A stretch of 64,000 bases of DNA from Octopus sinensis (lineage: Eukaryota), in contig NC_043023.1 of NCBI RefSeq assembly GCF_006345805.1, positions 4,092,001-4,156,000 on the forward strand. The letters are read 5' to 3'. Within the stretch, counting starts at the first letter, position 1, and the number at the start of each line of letters is the position of its first letter. The notes beneath the pieces are model-generated. The model had not been told where the DNA came from. It saw only the letters and a program-made list of their open reading frames with translations, and made no database searches. Positions 1-13,944 of this stretch are shown here, one piece after another. The position numbers and the translations under genes were made by a program.

Positions 1-73
1 TGTGCAGAGAATAAGTTCTGGGGTCGATACATATTGTGTGTGTATATATATATATATGTGTGTGTGTGTGTCC

Positions 74-107
<34 letters not shown>

Positions 108-1127
108 TTGTATGTATGTATGTGTATACAAATACTTGGAAATAGATACGTGGCTTTCAATTAAATAATATATATATTATTTATATTATTCTTTAAATGA
201 ATGCTACGCATCCATTCCCAAGTAAGTTTATCTTAACCTTTTTGATGCAACTCTACTCTATACTGTTTTCTACTCTAATTCTCTTTGTCTCCCCTTCACC
301 GTTTTCTATCTGTCTCTCTCTCCCCTCTTTGTTTTTTTCTCTCTCTTGTTGCTCACACATGACCATCATCCATCTTTCTTTTTCTGCACGGACGTTCTAC
401 GGACTAGACGTCTTCTATGTCTCTCTTCTATCTTTTCTCTTTTCAAAGAAACTATTTCTTCAAGTGATCACAATTGTTTCCCTCGTTCTGGTCTAACGAA
501 CCTTCATGTTTGTTCTCGTTCAATTTCCTTGTATGTCTACATTGCCCGTTGAAATCCAAAAGACCCGTGTTGTCGTTGAATGCTCGAAATAGGAGTAGAC
601 AGACAGCTAACAACTGATGATGGGTCGTTCTTCATGTTACTTCTCCTGTTTTCAATCTTTTCTTTCGTCGTTTGCTTATTTAACTCATTTGTTTTCTTCT
701 TTCATGTTGTTAACAGTTGGTAGATATTCACATATATATATATACATTCATATATAGATAAAGGGTGAAATATAATTAATTTAATAAACAAATTTCACCA
801 AGTAGTATTTCGGCATGGAAATGAATCTTTGATTCTAATCCAGAAACGTGCGTCCATAATTGACCGTGGACTGTTTGATTTCATTATTTTTCTTCTTTTT
901 TTGCCACATAATGAGTTACAAATACTGTTGTCTGTGGGGACATATTTTTGTAGTAAAAGGAAATAGCAGTCATCTGGCTGCTATTTCTAATACATTCAGT
1001 ATGTGGTCTAGCAACTTGTTGCAAAGACCCTCATCGTTATAATTATATTCATATATATTTATATATGTGTGTGTATATATCTATATGTGTGTGTATATAT
1101 ATGTGTATGTATATATATGTGTATATA

Positions 1128-1205
<78 letters not shown>

Positions 1206-1526
1206 TATATATATATATGTATATGTGTATATATGTGTGTATGTATTTATTTATATATATATATAAAGGATAACTCCAACAGTTACGATGAGGGCCCCAG
1301 CTGATATGATCAATGGAACAGCTTTCTCATTTATTAACATGCAAGTGGCTGACCACTCCACAGTCATGTGTACCGTTAATGTAGTTCTCAGTGAGATTCA
1401 GCATGACATAGAATGTGACAAGGCCGGCCCTCTTGAATTACAGGTACAGCTAATTTTTGCCTGCTGAATGGACTGGAGCAACATGAAATAAAGTGTCTTG
1501 CTCAAGGCCACAGCATGTCACCGGAG

Positions 1527-1745
1527 TTTTGTTGGCAGACTTTGGACACATGTGTTGGCCGAACGAGGCATCAGACTTTCCACCAAGTTGGCCGTCTATA
1601 GGGCAGTCATCATCACCTCTCTGCTCTGAGGCCGTGGGACATGGACGCTGTATAGGAGGCAAATGCAAGTACTTGTCCAGTTCCACCTCTGCTGCTTGCG
1701 ACGAAGCATGGGAATTTCCTGTGAGGACAGTCTCCAACACTGAGA
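1527..1745 (+). mobile_element. RTE/BovB-like LINE fragment (post-RT region)
   Basis: Degenerate translation ...[45 protein letters not shown]..., typical of the RTE C-terminus. Confidence 0.75.
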
Positions 1746-1960
1746 TGCATATATATATATATATGTGTGTGTATGTATGTATGTATGTATGTATGTATTT
1801 ATGTGTATATGTATGTATTTATGTGTATATATATATATGTATGTATGTATTTATATGTATATATATATATGTATGTATTTATATGTATATATATATGTAT
1901 GTATTTATATGTATGTATGTATGTATTGATATATATATATATATATATATTACGGAGATG

Positions 1961-2289
1961 TACTCACATAGCAAGTGATCTGATCTGAGATCGTGTGCTT
2001 GAACGAAAACAATTGCAGCGAGGAAGGTGTTTGTAAGCCATTTAAGAAACACACAAAAGCCGTTCGATTCACTTCAACATTTAAGTTTAATTTGTCAAAA
2101 TATTTTCGTCGCTAAAATCCGTGACCTGTTCGTTGACAAAAATCCGTGCTGCACAGATATTTGTCAGTGAACAGGTCGCGGATTTTAACGACGAAAATAT
2201 TTTGAAAAATTAAACTTAAATGTTGAAGTGAATCGAACGGCTTTTGTGTGTTTCTTAAATGGCTTACAAACACCTTCCACGCTGCAATT

Positions 2290-2290
<1 letters not shown>
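1961..2290. mobile_element. Fold-back palindromic repeat (PLE-terminus-like) carrying a hammerhead motif
   Basis: Arms about 2010-2145 and 2155-2290 are reverse complements; the same family recurs at 57859-58067. Confidence 0.75.
2159..2210 (+). ncRNA. Minimal type I hammerhead ribozyme-like motif with G3/C8 swapped core
   Basis: AUUUGUCA-GUGAACA-G-GUCG...CGAC-GAA-AAUAUU-U-UGAAAAAU: stem I 7 of 8 pairs, stem II GUCG/CGAC, palindromic stem III. Confidence 0.6.
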
Positions 2291-2324
<34 letters not shown>

Positions 2325-3806
2325 GCCTGGTGCAGCCATCTGCTTCACCAGTCCCTAGTCAAATCGTCCAACCCATTCCAGCATGGAAAGCGGACGTTAA
2401 AAGATGATGATGATATACGTACGTACGTACGTATGTATGTATTTATGTGTATACATGTGTGTATAATTAAAATGATTTGCTTAAGTAAAGTGGATTATAC
2501 CATAAAATGTTCTGGGGTCAATTCTTCAAGGTGGTGCCCTATCATGGCCGCAGTGTAATGACTGAACTAAGTAAAAGATAAAGATATAGATACTCACACG
2601 CACATACAAACACATATACATATAATAATACACGCTCATTCATACATACACACATATCATGTATTTGGGTGTACATATATATATATGTATATATATATAT
2701 ATACACACATGCTCACACATTCACAGATTGATAGTCATATTCATATATATAAATAAAAATACATGTATGTACATATATACTATATATTCATGAACATAGA
2801 TCTCTGATGCATATACTAGCTTTTCCCCTTTCAACACAACACCACCACCACCACCATCTCCTCAGCTGCCCCGTCGTACACATATCTGCATGTGATCCCT
2901 GTAGCTCTTCACCCTTCCTGGTTGCCTGTCTGTTGTTGTCCATCCTCCTGCAGGGCTTTTCCCTTCCTCACACTTCACCCCCTTTCTCTTTCACTATGTA
3001 TATGTATATACATATATTGGTATGTCTTCAAAAATGTATGTGTATTCGTATGGATATGTGTAGATATTTATATAGACATGTATAGAAATTGCTCTATGTA
3101 TGTATGTATATGTATATATATATATACATGCATATATATGTTATATATTATGATCTATAATACAATGTGAAATTATAATGAAAAATGAATATACATATAT
3201 ATGCATACAGACATACATACACACACACATACTCATATACATATATGCAAAGCACACTTCTGTATATTAACAGATATACATAAACATATATGGTGATGTG
3301 CATATGCATACATACAATTATAAGTATGTATATATATTTATATGTATATATATATTTATCTATATATATATCTATATATATATTTACATGGCTACATACA
3401 TAAATATCTATATATTCATATTTTTACATCCATATTGTTTATATATGATTTTTGTGTGTGTATATACATGTGTGTGTATTGATATATATATATTATAGAT
3501 ATGTATGTATGTATATCTATGTATACATATATATCATATATAGTATTCATATTTAATTACATATATATTCAAAGATATGTATATGCACACACACCCACAT
3601 ACATATATCATATACATATACATATATATACATATATATACATATATAGAGATATATATATATATATATATATGACATAGACATGGATACTCCTACATGA
3701 ACACGCACTCATCATACAACACACGATATATCAAACAAGAACACAACTGCTGCACCGAATGACCCTATGGCTATGACCCAACGACTTCTGTATTTGTATT
3801 CAACAG

Positions 3807-3974
3807 TGCAAGGAGCATGGTCCACCTGGTCGTCATGGTCGACCTGTAGCCCGGACTGCGTACACCACCGACGTAGGTCATGTGATAACCCGGAACCTAC
3901 ATATGGGGGTCAATATTGTGACGGCAGCGACTTGGATTCCAACAATTGTACCAGTGGCATGTGTCGAGATGGAG
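3807..3974 (+). CDS. unc5: UNC-5 netrin receptor exon: second thrombospondin type-1 (TSP1) repeat
   Basis: caacag|TG...GGAG|gtatat; 168 nt, phase 1-1. Encodes VQGAWSTWSSWSTCSPDCVHHRRRSCDNPEPTYGGQYCDGSDLDSNNCTSGMCRDG, with the WSxWSxW, RxRxC and GGxxC TSP1 signature. Confidence 0.95.
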
Positions 3975-4311
3975 GTATATGGTCTATATAATATATATAC
4001 ATATATACACATATATACACAAATGGTCTATATAATATATAGATATACATATATACACATATATACAAACATGGTCCATTTGATGTATATTTACACAAAC
4101 ATACTTTTTCTCTAGATTTGCTTATATTCACTTACGGTCCATACACACACACAAACACACATACATATATGCATATTTAGTCTATATTTTTAGATATATA
4201 CACATATGTAAACATTCATTCTCTGTATGACATATATATTTATCAATAATAAACTTATGTGTACATATATGCTTACATAGTCAGGACACATGATAATACA
4301 CATATGTACAT

Positions 4312-4347
<36 letters not shown>

Positions 4348-4414
4348 ATATATATCCATGTACATTTATATATATACATATGTACACACATGTATTATCC
4401 TGTATCCTGAGTAC

Positions 4415-4446
<32 letters not shown>

Positions 4447-4487
4447 GTATGCATGCTTGTTCAAATTAATTTGCATGCAGAAACACA

Positions 4488-4642
4488 CAGGAGTGGCTGT
4501 GTGGTAAGTAGCTTGCTTACCAACCACATGGCTCTGGCTTCAGTCCCACTGTGTGGCACCTTGGGCAAGTGTCTTCTACTAAGCCTCAGCCCGACCAAAG
4601 ACTTGTGAGTGGATTCGGTAGACAGAAACTTGAAGAAGTCCG

Positions 4643-4682
<40 letters not shown>

Positions 4683-4834
4683 ATATATGTATGTATATGT
4701 TGGTGTGTCTGTGTTTGTTCCCCCAACATCACTTGACAACTGATGCTGGTGTGTTTACGTCCCCGTAACATAGCGGTTCAGCAAAAGAGATTGATAGAAT
4801 AAGTACTAGGCTTACAAAGAATAAGTCCTGGGGC
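4488..4834 (+). mobile_element. tRNA-derived SINE with internal (TA)n. Abundant family; other copies at about 10590-10950, 17430-17715, 28258-28790, 33742-34167(-), 41270-41680, 50654-50982, 55422-56012, 58387-58930
   Basis: A-box TGGCTGTGTGG, B-box-like GGTTCAGTCCC (GCTTCAGTCCC in this copy), CCTTGGGCAAGT core; repeated many times in the window. Confidence 0.85.
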
Positions 4835-5319
4835 TATAGATAGATGGATAGATATATGGCAAATGAAGGACGGAAGATGGAAAATATGAGAATTTATTTT
4901 TAATCACAATAATTGTTTCAACACATCTAGCATTGATCCCTCATGCATGGGACACTCATCAACTGGTTCAGGAGCATCCGGCGGTATAATTGTATCTCGT
5001 CGGGTGATAAATAGATACAACTCGTTAAAATGACTGCTCCGCAAAGTAGCTTCGCGTTTTGTGGAGAGGAAAACAACCAGACGGAGGAAATATCTCCATT
5101 TATATAGATGATCAAAAATAAAAGATGGCAAAAAGAAAAATGAGCATACCATCCAGCGAGAAAAGTATTGAAAATAACCGTTAAAAGATATAGATGTATA
5201 AATGCCCTCTAGCAAGCTGCATGGTGCAAGTACACTCGCTCATACAAACATCAGCAAAAATGTGAGCATATGCACACGAGGTTTGGTGCACTTATGAACA
5301 CAAAGCAAGTGAGCTATCT

Positions 5320-5800
5320 ACTTGATGTTTGTAAGAATGGGGAGGTTAAAACATCCATACCTTAAAGTAAATTAAATTAAATTAAGTTAATAGTTACTCA
5401 GAATTCATTCTCTCTGCATTGTGCCAGAAATTGTATTAATTATTTTTTTGTTAGTCCACAGAATAGAAAGGGATTCCTCGGAGCAGAGATGGCATTTCCT
5501 GGAAATTATACTGTATGGTTTCACATACCATACTAATGACTAATTTATGCTGTACTTCATTTTATCCTCCTTCAGTCACGATACAAAATCTGTTGAATGT
5601 CTCTTATTGATTACCTTAAAACTGGCAACATGGTTGCGATAACATTTCTTAAATGAATCAGCCGTATGCCCAATGTAAACATAACAGCCCTTCCTTTGTG
5701 TGCACAGTACATTTTTATACTCATTTGTATTATTACAGAGATTCATCATAGGACATTTTGATTTTTCTCTGCATGAGCATTTATCATATTTATTTGTATA
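5320..5800 (-). mobile_element. Penelope-like element GIY-YIG endonuclease remnant
   Basis: KCSCREKSKCPMMNLC...YVYIGHTADSFKKCYRNHVASF...RHST: Cys cluster, YIG and (R)YxNH. Confidence 0.75.
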
Positions 5801-6207
5801 TAAGGCAGTCCCAACTCCATTTACCAGTGTTGTTACTGTTAGCTGTATCATAGACATATATATAAACTCTGTATAATATAGAGGCATATGCAGTGGTATA
5901 TGTATGTGTGTGTGTTTATATGACATGTGTTTATACATGCATACATATATAGATATGTATACATATATATACGTATATATATATATATTGATGTGTATAT
6001 GTGTGATTATATACATATGTATTTATAATTATATGATATATAAGTATAAATATATTTATATATAAGTATGTGAGTAGGGATCAACCAATTTTCATATGTC
6101 AAAGTGAGATGTGCTCAATATAACTATTACAGAGTTAATTGATATATAGTTTTAGTTAAACTAGTTTGATTATAATGAACTCAAATACTTTGAATGATTT
6201 GAAACTA

Positions 6208-7469
6208 TTGGGTCATCCCATAAATAATGTGGATTTTGCAATTGCATGAACTAAAATTTGGAGGGGAACATAATAAGCTACCTGCATCAACTTGCTATAA
6301 AAGCAGGTAGTAATTTTACCTTGTCCTTATTCTGAGTGAATGGTTTGAAAAGTGCAGTTCGATTTTGACAGTTATTTTTTCAAAGATATGATGGAAGTCA
6401 CAAAGGAGCATATTTGACATATTTTGTTTTATGAGTTCAGTAAAGGCAACAACACAACAGAAAGTGCAAGTAATATTAATGCAGTAAATGGGGATCGGAC
6501 GATAAGCATAAGCCAGTGTGAACAGCGGTTCCAGAAATTCTGAGCCAGAAACTACAGCCTAGATTATCCTCGTCCTGGAAGATCTAAAGAGTTTAACAAG
6601 GACGTCCTGCAAAACCTGGTGGAACAAAATCCCATCATGACTGTTGAGGAACTAGCAGAGAAGCTTGGATTTGGTCATTCAGCCATTCATCGACACGTGC
6701 ACACCATTGGAAAAGTCAGTAAATTGGATCAATGGCTTCCTCACAAACTTTCTGAGTCTAATCACATGTAGAGAGTGAATCTGTGCTCTTCTTTGCTGTC
6801 ACATCTCATGGATGAACATTTTTTGGACTGAAATGGGTTCTCTATAAAAATGTCAACCACCAAAGACAGTGGCTAAAGAAAGGAGAAACACTGACACCCC
6901 AGGCTAAAGAAGGTCTTCACCCACATGAGGAGTTGCTATCTGTTTGGTGGGATACGAAAGGTTTAGTCCACTCTGAACTTTTAAACCCAAACCAAACAAT
7001 AACAAAGGAGATCTACTGTGAATAGCTTGAGCAGCTTAAGTCAGTGCTAGAAGAAAAGCAACCATCTTTGGTTTCAAGACGAAAGGTGTTCTTCAATCCA
7101 GATAATGCCCGGCCACATACAGTGAGAATGACATTCCAATGGCTGGTGCAGTTTGAATGGGAAGTGATGCTTCACCTACCATATTCGCCAGACAATGTCC
7201 CATCTGATTACCATTTATTCCACTGTCTTCAGAATCATTTGAATGAAAAAAAACATAAATTCTGTAGACGAGGTCAGAACAGTACTGGAGGAGTAATTTT
7301 CATCACAGACAAGTGAATTTTGGAAGAGGGGTCTTGCATATGCATACATACAAATATATTATAGAAAATGAAGGAGAGTATATTTTAGATTAAAAAAGAA
7401 CTTTGTTTATCTTAATTTTGAAAAATAAAAGAAGTATTAAAAAACTGCATTATTTATGAGATTACCCAA
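6208..7469 (+). mobile_element. Full-length but inactivated mariner transposon
   Basis: TA-flanked TIRs TTGGGTCATCCCATAAATAATG.../...CATTATTTATGAGATTACCCAA. Transposase remnants MEVTKEHI*HILFYEF, WLPHKL, DNARPH and YSPDNVPSDYHLF, with stops and frameshifts (about 6391-7393). Confidence 0.92.
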
Positions 7470-7898
7470 TATTTGTAACATTGGATTGACTACATTCTGT
7501 AATTAAATACATACATATATACACACGCATGCACTTATATATCAGTGTGTACATTATTTGTTTTGAAAGTGCCTCCATAGGGCACAACCATAGAACCTTC
7601 AGTATATACAAATACTCCCTTTTTTCTCCCTTTTGTTTGTGTATCTTCTGATGAGATCATTAATTAAATAATCTGTACAATTGAAACATCTAAAGGCTTT
7701 AATTATGCTCTGCACTTATCCTCATTAATCATATTACCTTTGTGTGTGTATTTGTATTTGTGTGTGTGTGTGTATTTATGTTTACATAAATACAAGGCTA
7801 GACCAAAAATGAAAGAGTTGCATAATATCCATAGCTCTGATCAATCATGTTTGGGAATTCTGACTGCTGTTTCTAGCATGTGAAGTAACTATTTAGAG

Positions 7899-8472
7899 CA
7901 GTGGTTCCCATACAGGCCTTGGGGTTCCATATAAGATATTGCTGTTAAAATTTTATCCTTACCATTTTGCATTTGTTTTTCAAGCTAGCAAGGGTAAGAT
8001 GGTTTGAGTGGAACTGGTAAGTTGGAGAGCTGTACCAGGCTCCATTCCGTTTTGTCGTGGTTGCTACAGCTGGGGATACCCTTGCTAATGCCAACCACTC
8101 TATGGGATATACTGGGTACTTTTTACATGTCACTGGTACAGATTCTTTTCCTGTGTCACCAGCATGGGTGCCTTTTACCTGTCACTGGCACTGGCCATGA
8201 TTACCGTTTCCTTAGCTTCAGGTGTCTTCTCAAGCACAGCAAATTGCCAAGAGTCTTGCTCACCTGTCGTCACCTCTTTGAGACTCAACATCACTTTTAC
8301 AACTCACAAAATTATTCTAATGTTTTTTATACGGTTCCTAATAATATTTGATTCTAAAAATACAAAAGGATTTTTTTTTTTTTGTATATGCATCAAATGA
8401 CTATGGAGATCCAATACAAGAATAAAATATGAATCAAAGGGATCCATAGGCAAAAATGTTTGAGGAAAACTG
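7899..8472. mobile_element. hAT-type MITE interrupted by an RTE-related SINE (about 7985-8290); second MITE copy at 8677-8912
   Basis: CAGTGGTTCCC...AAAACTG ends; internal sequence shared with 8677-8912. Confidence 0.55.
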
Positions 8473-11400
8473 ACCCATGGTCAAAGACATTCCAGCTGTG
8501 ACTCTCCCTAACCAGTTCTACATCAGCAGGCCTATGATCGAAGACATTCCAGCTTTTATTCCCATCTTTTATTCAGGCATAGTGTATCTAGGACTACATT
8601 ATCTAATGTATACTGTAGTTGTTAGTGGTAATTGTTGTTTAGCCCCAGGTCAGTCCTGATCCAGTAGACTTAAGATCAGCGGTTGTCAACCAGGATCCAT
8701 ATAAGATTTTACTGCTAAAATTTATCTGCAACAACTTGATTATACTTTTACAAAGCACAAAAAAAGGTTTTTTGTATAATCCCTAATAATTTTTAATTAT
8801 AAAAATATTGTAGGATGTTTTCTATATACATCGAATGGCTATTGAGATTCAGTACAAGAGTAAAATAGGAGTTTAAGGGGTCCACAGGCAAAAAAATTAT
8901 TGAAAACCACTAATTCAGAACATCCCTTATTGCTATTGATAAATGTGATGGTGGCGGTGGAGAAAGTGGTTTATGATGATGATGATGATGATGAAACAAA
9001 TGATGATAAAGAATATGGTGGTGGTGATGCTGGTGGTTGTGTTGGTGGTAGTGGTAGCAGTGATGATAATGATGGTGCCTGTGGTGGTGGTGGAGGTGGG
9101 GTGGGGTGATGGAATGATCTGAATGTGACCTTCTGAATGAAAATATTTCGATACATGCATCCATCCACACACATTAACACAGACACACACACACACATCC
9201 ACCTACGCATACACACATACATACACACACACACATTAACAGAAGACAGATGGAGAGACATGCATTCATTTACCTGCACAATAACCCACACAGAGTAAAC
9301 ACACACACATACAAACATCCACCTACATTTAAATACACACACACACACATACACAACTGTATAAGCTTTAATTCACACAGCCACACCCACATTCATCTAT
9401 ACACACACACACACACACATGCAACTATTTAAGCTTTAACACATTAACGCTACTTCTTCATCCACCTACATACACACACACATACATGCACAGACACACA
9501 CATCTGTCAACATGCACATTAACATACACACACATACACCTTGACATCAACACAAACACATTTATGCATTGAGACACACACATCTATACATGCACACACA
9601 TAAATACACATGCTTTTAGATATACATATATACACATGTATGTACACACAAACACACACTCTCACACTTATAGCCACCCATATTCATGCATGCACATACA
9701 TACACTTATACATAGAACTACTCAAAGTTATGCATATATGCACACACATCCACCGTTTCAAGAAACACATTTTCTCACACACACACACATATATACACAT
9801 AAACACATATATTACATACACACATACACACATATATTACATACACACACACATATATACACATAAACACATACATGTATATATACACATACACACACAC
9901 ACATATATATACACATAAACACATACATGTATATATACACATACACACATATATTACATACACACACATATATACACACAAAAAACATACATGTATATAT
10001 ACACATACACACACATATTACATACACACACACACACATATATAGATATATACACACAGACACTGACACCAATATGCACATAACATGCAAACAATAAGCA
10101 ACTTTACATGCGTCATGCATACACAAACACCACCGCCACAACCACCACAAACACCACCGCCGCTACCAACACTATCACCACAACCACCACCAACACCAAA
10201 ACCACTGCCAACACCACCACCATCATTCACTCCCCCAAACACTACTACATAACTGTCAACACACCACCACTACCACTACCTCCACAACAATGGCATATGC
10301 TGAGTCAGTAGAAAATTCTCCATTAGAAAAACTGCTTATTAATTAGAGAGTTAATTAGGAGAAAACTATTGTACAGCTTTGTCAATACAGTTATTATAGT
10401 GGAGGTGGTAGTAGTAATGGTGGTGGCAGTAGTGGTGAATGCATTGATTGTTGTTGCTGTTGTAGTGGTGGGTATAATAATAGTTGTTGCTGTCGTAATG
10501 GTGGTTGTGGGTGTAGTGGTTGTTGTAGTAGAGGTGGTAGTGGTAGTTATTGATGTATAATTTGTATGCATACAAATAGGCAACCATCTTGGTTGTGTGG
10601 TTAAGAAGCTTGCTTAGGAACCACATGGCTTCAGGTTCAGTCCCACTGTGCAGCACAATGTGCAACTGTCTCCTGCTGATAGCCCCCACCACCACCACCA
10701 ACAACAACAACAACCAATACCTTGTGAGTGAATTTGGTTGAAAGAAGTTGTATGGGAGCCTATATATATATGTATGTATGCATATGTATGTATGGACATA
10801 TATGTTTGCATATATGTATGTATATACACATATATATGTATGCATGTACATCTATATGTATCTATATATGTATGTATGTGTGTATGGCAAACAAGACCAA
10901 GGCAGTCCTCTAGGGTGGTCGCAGTTCAGTTGAAGTAAAAGATAAAAGATCTGTATGTGTGTATGTGTATATATATATATATATATATATACACACGCGC
11001 ACCTGCTCAGTAGCATATTATTTAAGTGATATCATACAGGAATTGCAGTTCAGTACTAGATAATTTGAAACTAAATTACCAGACAGATTTACTGGATTTA
11101 CAAATATGAACATATATAATTTAACTCTATAATCATTTATATTGAGCACCTTTCTTAACCATTATATGTGTGTGTTACCACTACCAACACTACCTTCTCC
11201 TTAGGACCATTTATCAGATTTCTCTCTGTAGTAAAGATTCAGGACAGGGGTTAAATCTCAGGTGTGGTGGGGTGTAGGGGGTAATCTGTTCGTCCCATAT
11301 GTATTGGGGGGGCCACTGAAAAGTATTATTCCTCCTAATTAGAATAGGCTTTTAAACATTTAAATATGTGTGTGTATATATATGTACACATGTATCTCAC

Positions 11401-11864
11401 ACATATCTGTACGTTTCTGGATACATGCATATATATGCATGAATAGTTGTATATGAGAAAGATCCCTCCCGAATCATATAGACTCAGAGGGATTCCTGGA
11501 TTTCCTGGATTTTGTGGGACATACATTGCCTCACTGGATGGGACACCAAGCCATTGCAGGATTATTCATTTTTACCAGTTGTGTGGAATGGCACTTTATG
11601 AAATGAAGTGTTTTACTCATGAACACGTTGCCCAGTCCAGGAATGAAAACCACAATCGTGTGATTAGGAGTCCAATGCCTTGACCACTAAGCTATACACA
11701 AAATCCATATGTCTTTAGAAATATATTAAATATATACACTGTCATGTACATATGTGCACAAACACTAAAAATTACATGTGCTGACATCTAAAAGTATATA
11801 TATAAACAAAACCAGTTGCACAGTCAGAGTTTAACATGACAGTTATGGATTATGACCTGGTAGG

Positions 11865-11919
11865 CCACACTGACGAGGCTCAGGGTTTAAATACTCAAAG
11901 GCCAAAACCTGGTTTGTGG
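11865..11919 (+). ncRNA. Type I hammerhead motif with G12A lesion (probably inactive)
   Basis: CCACA-CUGACGA-GGC...GCC-AAAA-CCUGGU-U-UGUGG; stems I, II and III all present. Confidence 0.65.
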
Positions 11920-12533
11920 AAATCCCTAATTGCATAATATTTTTATTTTGTGCTGTTAAATGTTTTAATTCTTTCTGTTTTCCTCGCATTCTGTTTTTCT
12001 CTGTTATCTTGGTAAGGTACGGTGGATAAATTTAAGACTTTAGCTCTTATTTCTAGCAGGTGGATGCTTGTTAAGCATCCTTACGCTTCCTATAAAGTTA
12101 TAGTTCATAGCTAATTAATGCTATTGCACCTGCAATCCACCTATGTCACTGCTGGTGATATCATCAATTTTAAAATTTATCCACAGATGATTTGAATAGT
12201 AGTGACATCTGATTTCAAATCTCAGTGATTGGATGTTTTGTATATATGTGTGTGTGTGTATTACTATACCCACCACTGCAACAGCAACAACAATCAATGC
12301 ATTCACCACTACTGCCACCACCATTACTACTACCACCTCCACTATAATAACTGTATTGACAAAGCTGTACAATAGTTTTCCCCTAATTAACTCTCTAATT
12401 AATAAGCAGTTTTTCTAATGGAGAATCATTAGAGATTTCCATTTTCAGACTTCAATGAAGATGCTTTAAGTGAACAAGTGGAATGCAATCTCCACAAAAG
12501 TACTCGAGATTTAGCATTATATATATGTATATA

Positions 12534-13710
12534 CATGAGGGGTGTTCCTTAAAAATTTCCCCTGCCCAAGGACTGGGATAAACAAAACTTGACATGATTA
12601 TTAGTCCTTCTCTACACCATCAATGGTGACACACTTCTTCCATCCCTTTATGCAGATGTGAAGACCTCATCTGTAGAAGTCAGTAGGTTGCACCAGGAGC
12701 CAAGACTTTACCTCAGAAATAAGTTCATCATCATCCGAAAAGTGCTTCCCTTCAAAAAGGACTTTATGGTTGGAAAAAGGTGAAAGGCAGATGGTGTGAG
12801 GTAAGGAGAGCAAGGAGGATGAGGAAGGATTCTACAGCCGCAATAGTGTGCTTTTGTCTTAGTAACCTGCACATTGTGAACTAGGGCATTGTATTGGTGC
12901 AGGCGGATCCTTTGGTCAGCATGCCACCCCTCTATGCTTTGATAGTGTCCCACAATTTCTGCAACAGAGAAGCCTAATATGCCCCATTAACAGTGGTGCC
13001 TTTTGCCAGAAAATCCATCATCACTACTCCACACTGGTCCCAAAAATCTGTGAGCATCACCTTGCCTACTGAGGGTTGGACACGAGCCCTCTTTGGAGGC
13101 ATTGAGTTATCATGTTTCCATTGCTTCAACTGGTCTTTAGTCTCAGGATCATAGTGATGGACCCATGTTGCATCCCAAAGTCTACCGAAAAACTCTTCCT
13201 CATTTTCTTGGCACATTGTCAAAGGAGCCTGCTTCTTCAAAGGTGTGAGCATCAGAGGAATCCATCATGCAGATAACTTCTGCATGTCGTGAATATTTCC
13301 CACAGACCCTAAACTTATCTTCACTTCTTGGTATAGTTGCCAAATAGTTTTGTGGCGATCCTCCAACATGGCAGCTTCCACTTTATGGATGGGTTCCTCA
13401 TCAATGGCAAAATGTGTTTGACTACATCATATAATGGTGCATTGTCATCATAGAATTGTTTCATCTCATCAAAAGTCCCTTTTGATGTACAACCTTCTAA
13501 GTATAAGAAGCTGACCACTGATTTTCCATTCAGCTGCCTTCATTATAACAGTTGAGTCCACTTCAGCAGTCATTATGGACAAAGGAATACAAGTGACAGC
13601 TACGATTTACAATGTGACATGTAGACACAGGTATGAGTATACTTGTATAAGTCCAGTTACATACAATAACCAGAAGTGGGTCAGGAAAGACTCTTTAAGG
13701 AGGACATATG
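12534..13710 (-). mobile_element. Decayed mariner transposon (irritans-like)
   Basis: WIPLMLT, WVHHYDPETK, GKVMLTDFWD and HPPCSPYLTPSAFHLFP fragments; GAGGGGTG-type terminus. Confidence 0.88.
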
Positions 13711-13907
13711 TGTGTGTGTGAGTGTGTATATATGTGCGTGTATGTGTATATATTTACATATACTTATATGTGTATATATATATATGTATATGTGTGTGTA
13801 TATATATATATATATGTATATATACATGTATATATATATATATATATATGCATGTATATATATATATATATGTATATATACATGTATATGTATATTATAT
13901 ATATACA

Positions 13908-13944
<37 letters not shown>

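Noticed and set aside
520-640. CTGATGA and GAAA near a GTCTAC/GTAGAC stem
   Set aside because: The order and spacing could not be fitted to a hammerhead fold.
2866-2995. GC-richer island after ctcctcag; possible extra unc5 exon
   Set aside because: No convincing donor and no similarity to UNC5 domains in the required phase.
4905-4968. Minus-strand TTGATGA...GAAACAATT hammerhead-like motif downstream of the PLE remnant
   Set aside because: Stems I and II do not pair convincingly.
8900-9110. Asp/Gly-rich or His/Thr-rich ORFs
   Set aside because: GAT/GGT trinucleotide low-complexity sequence.
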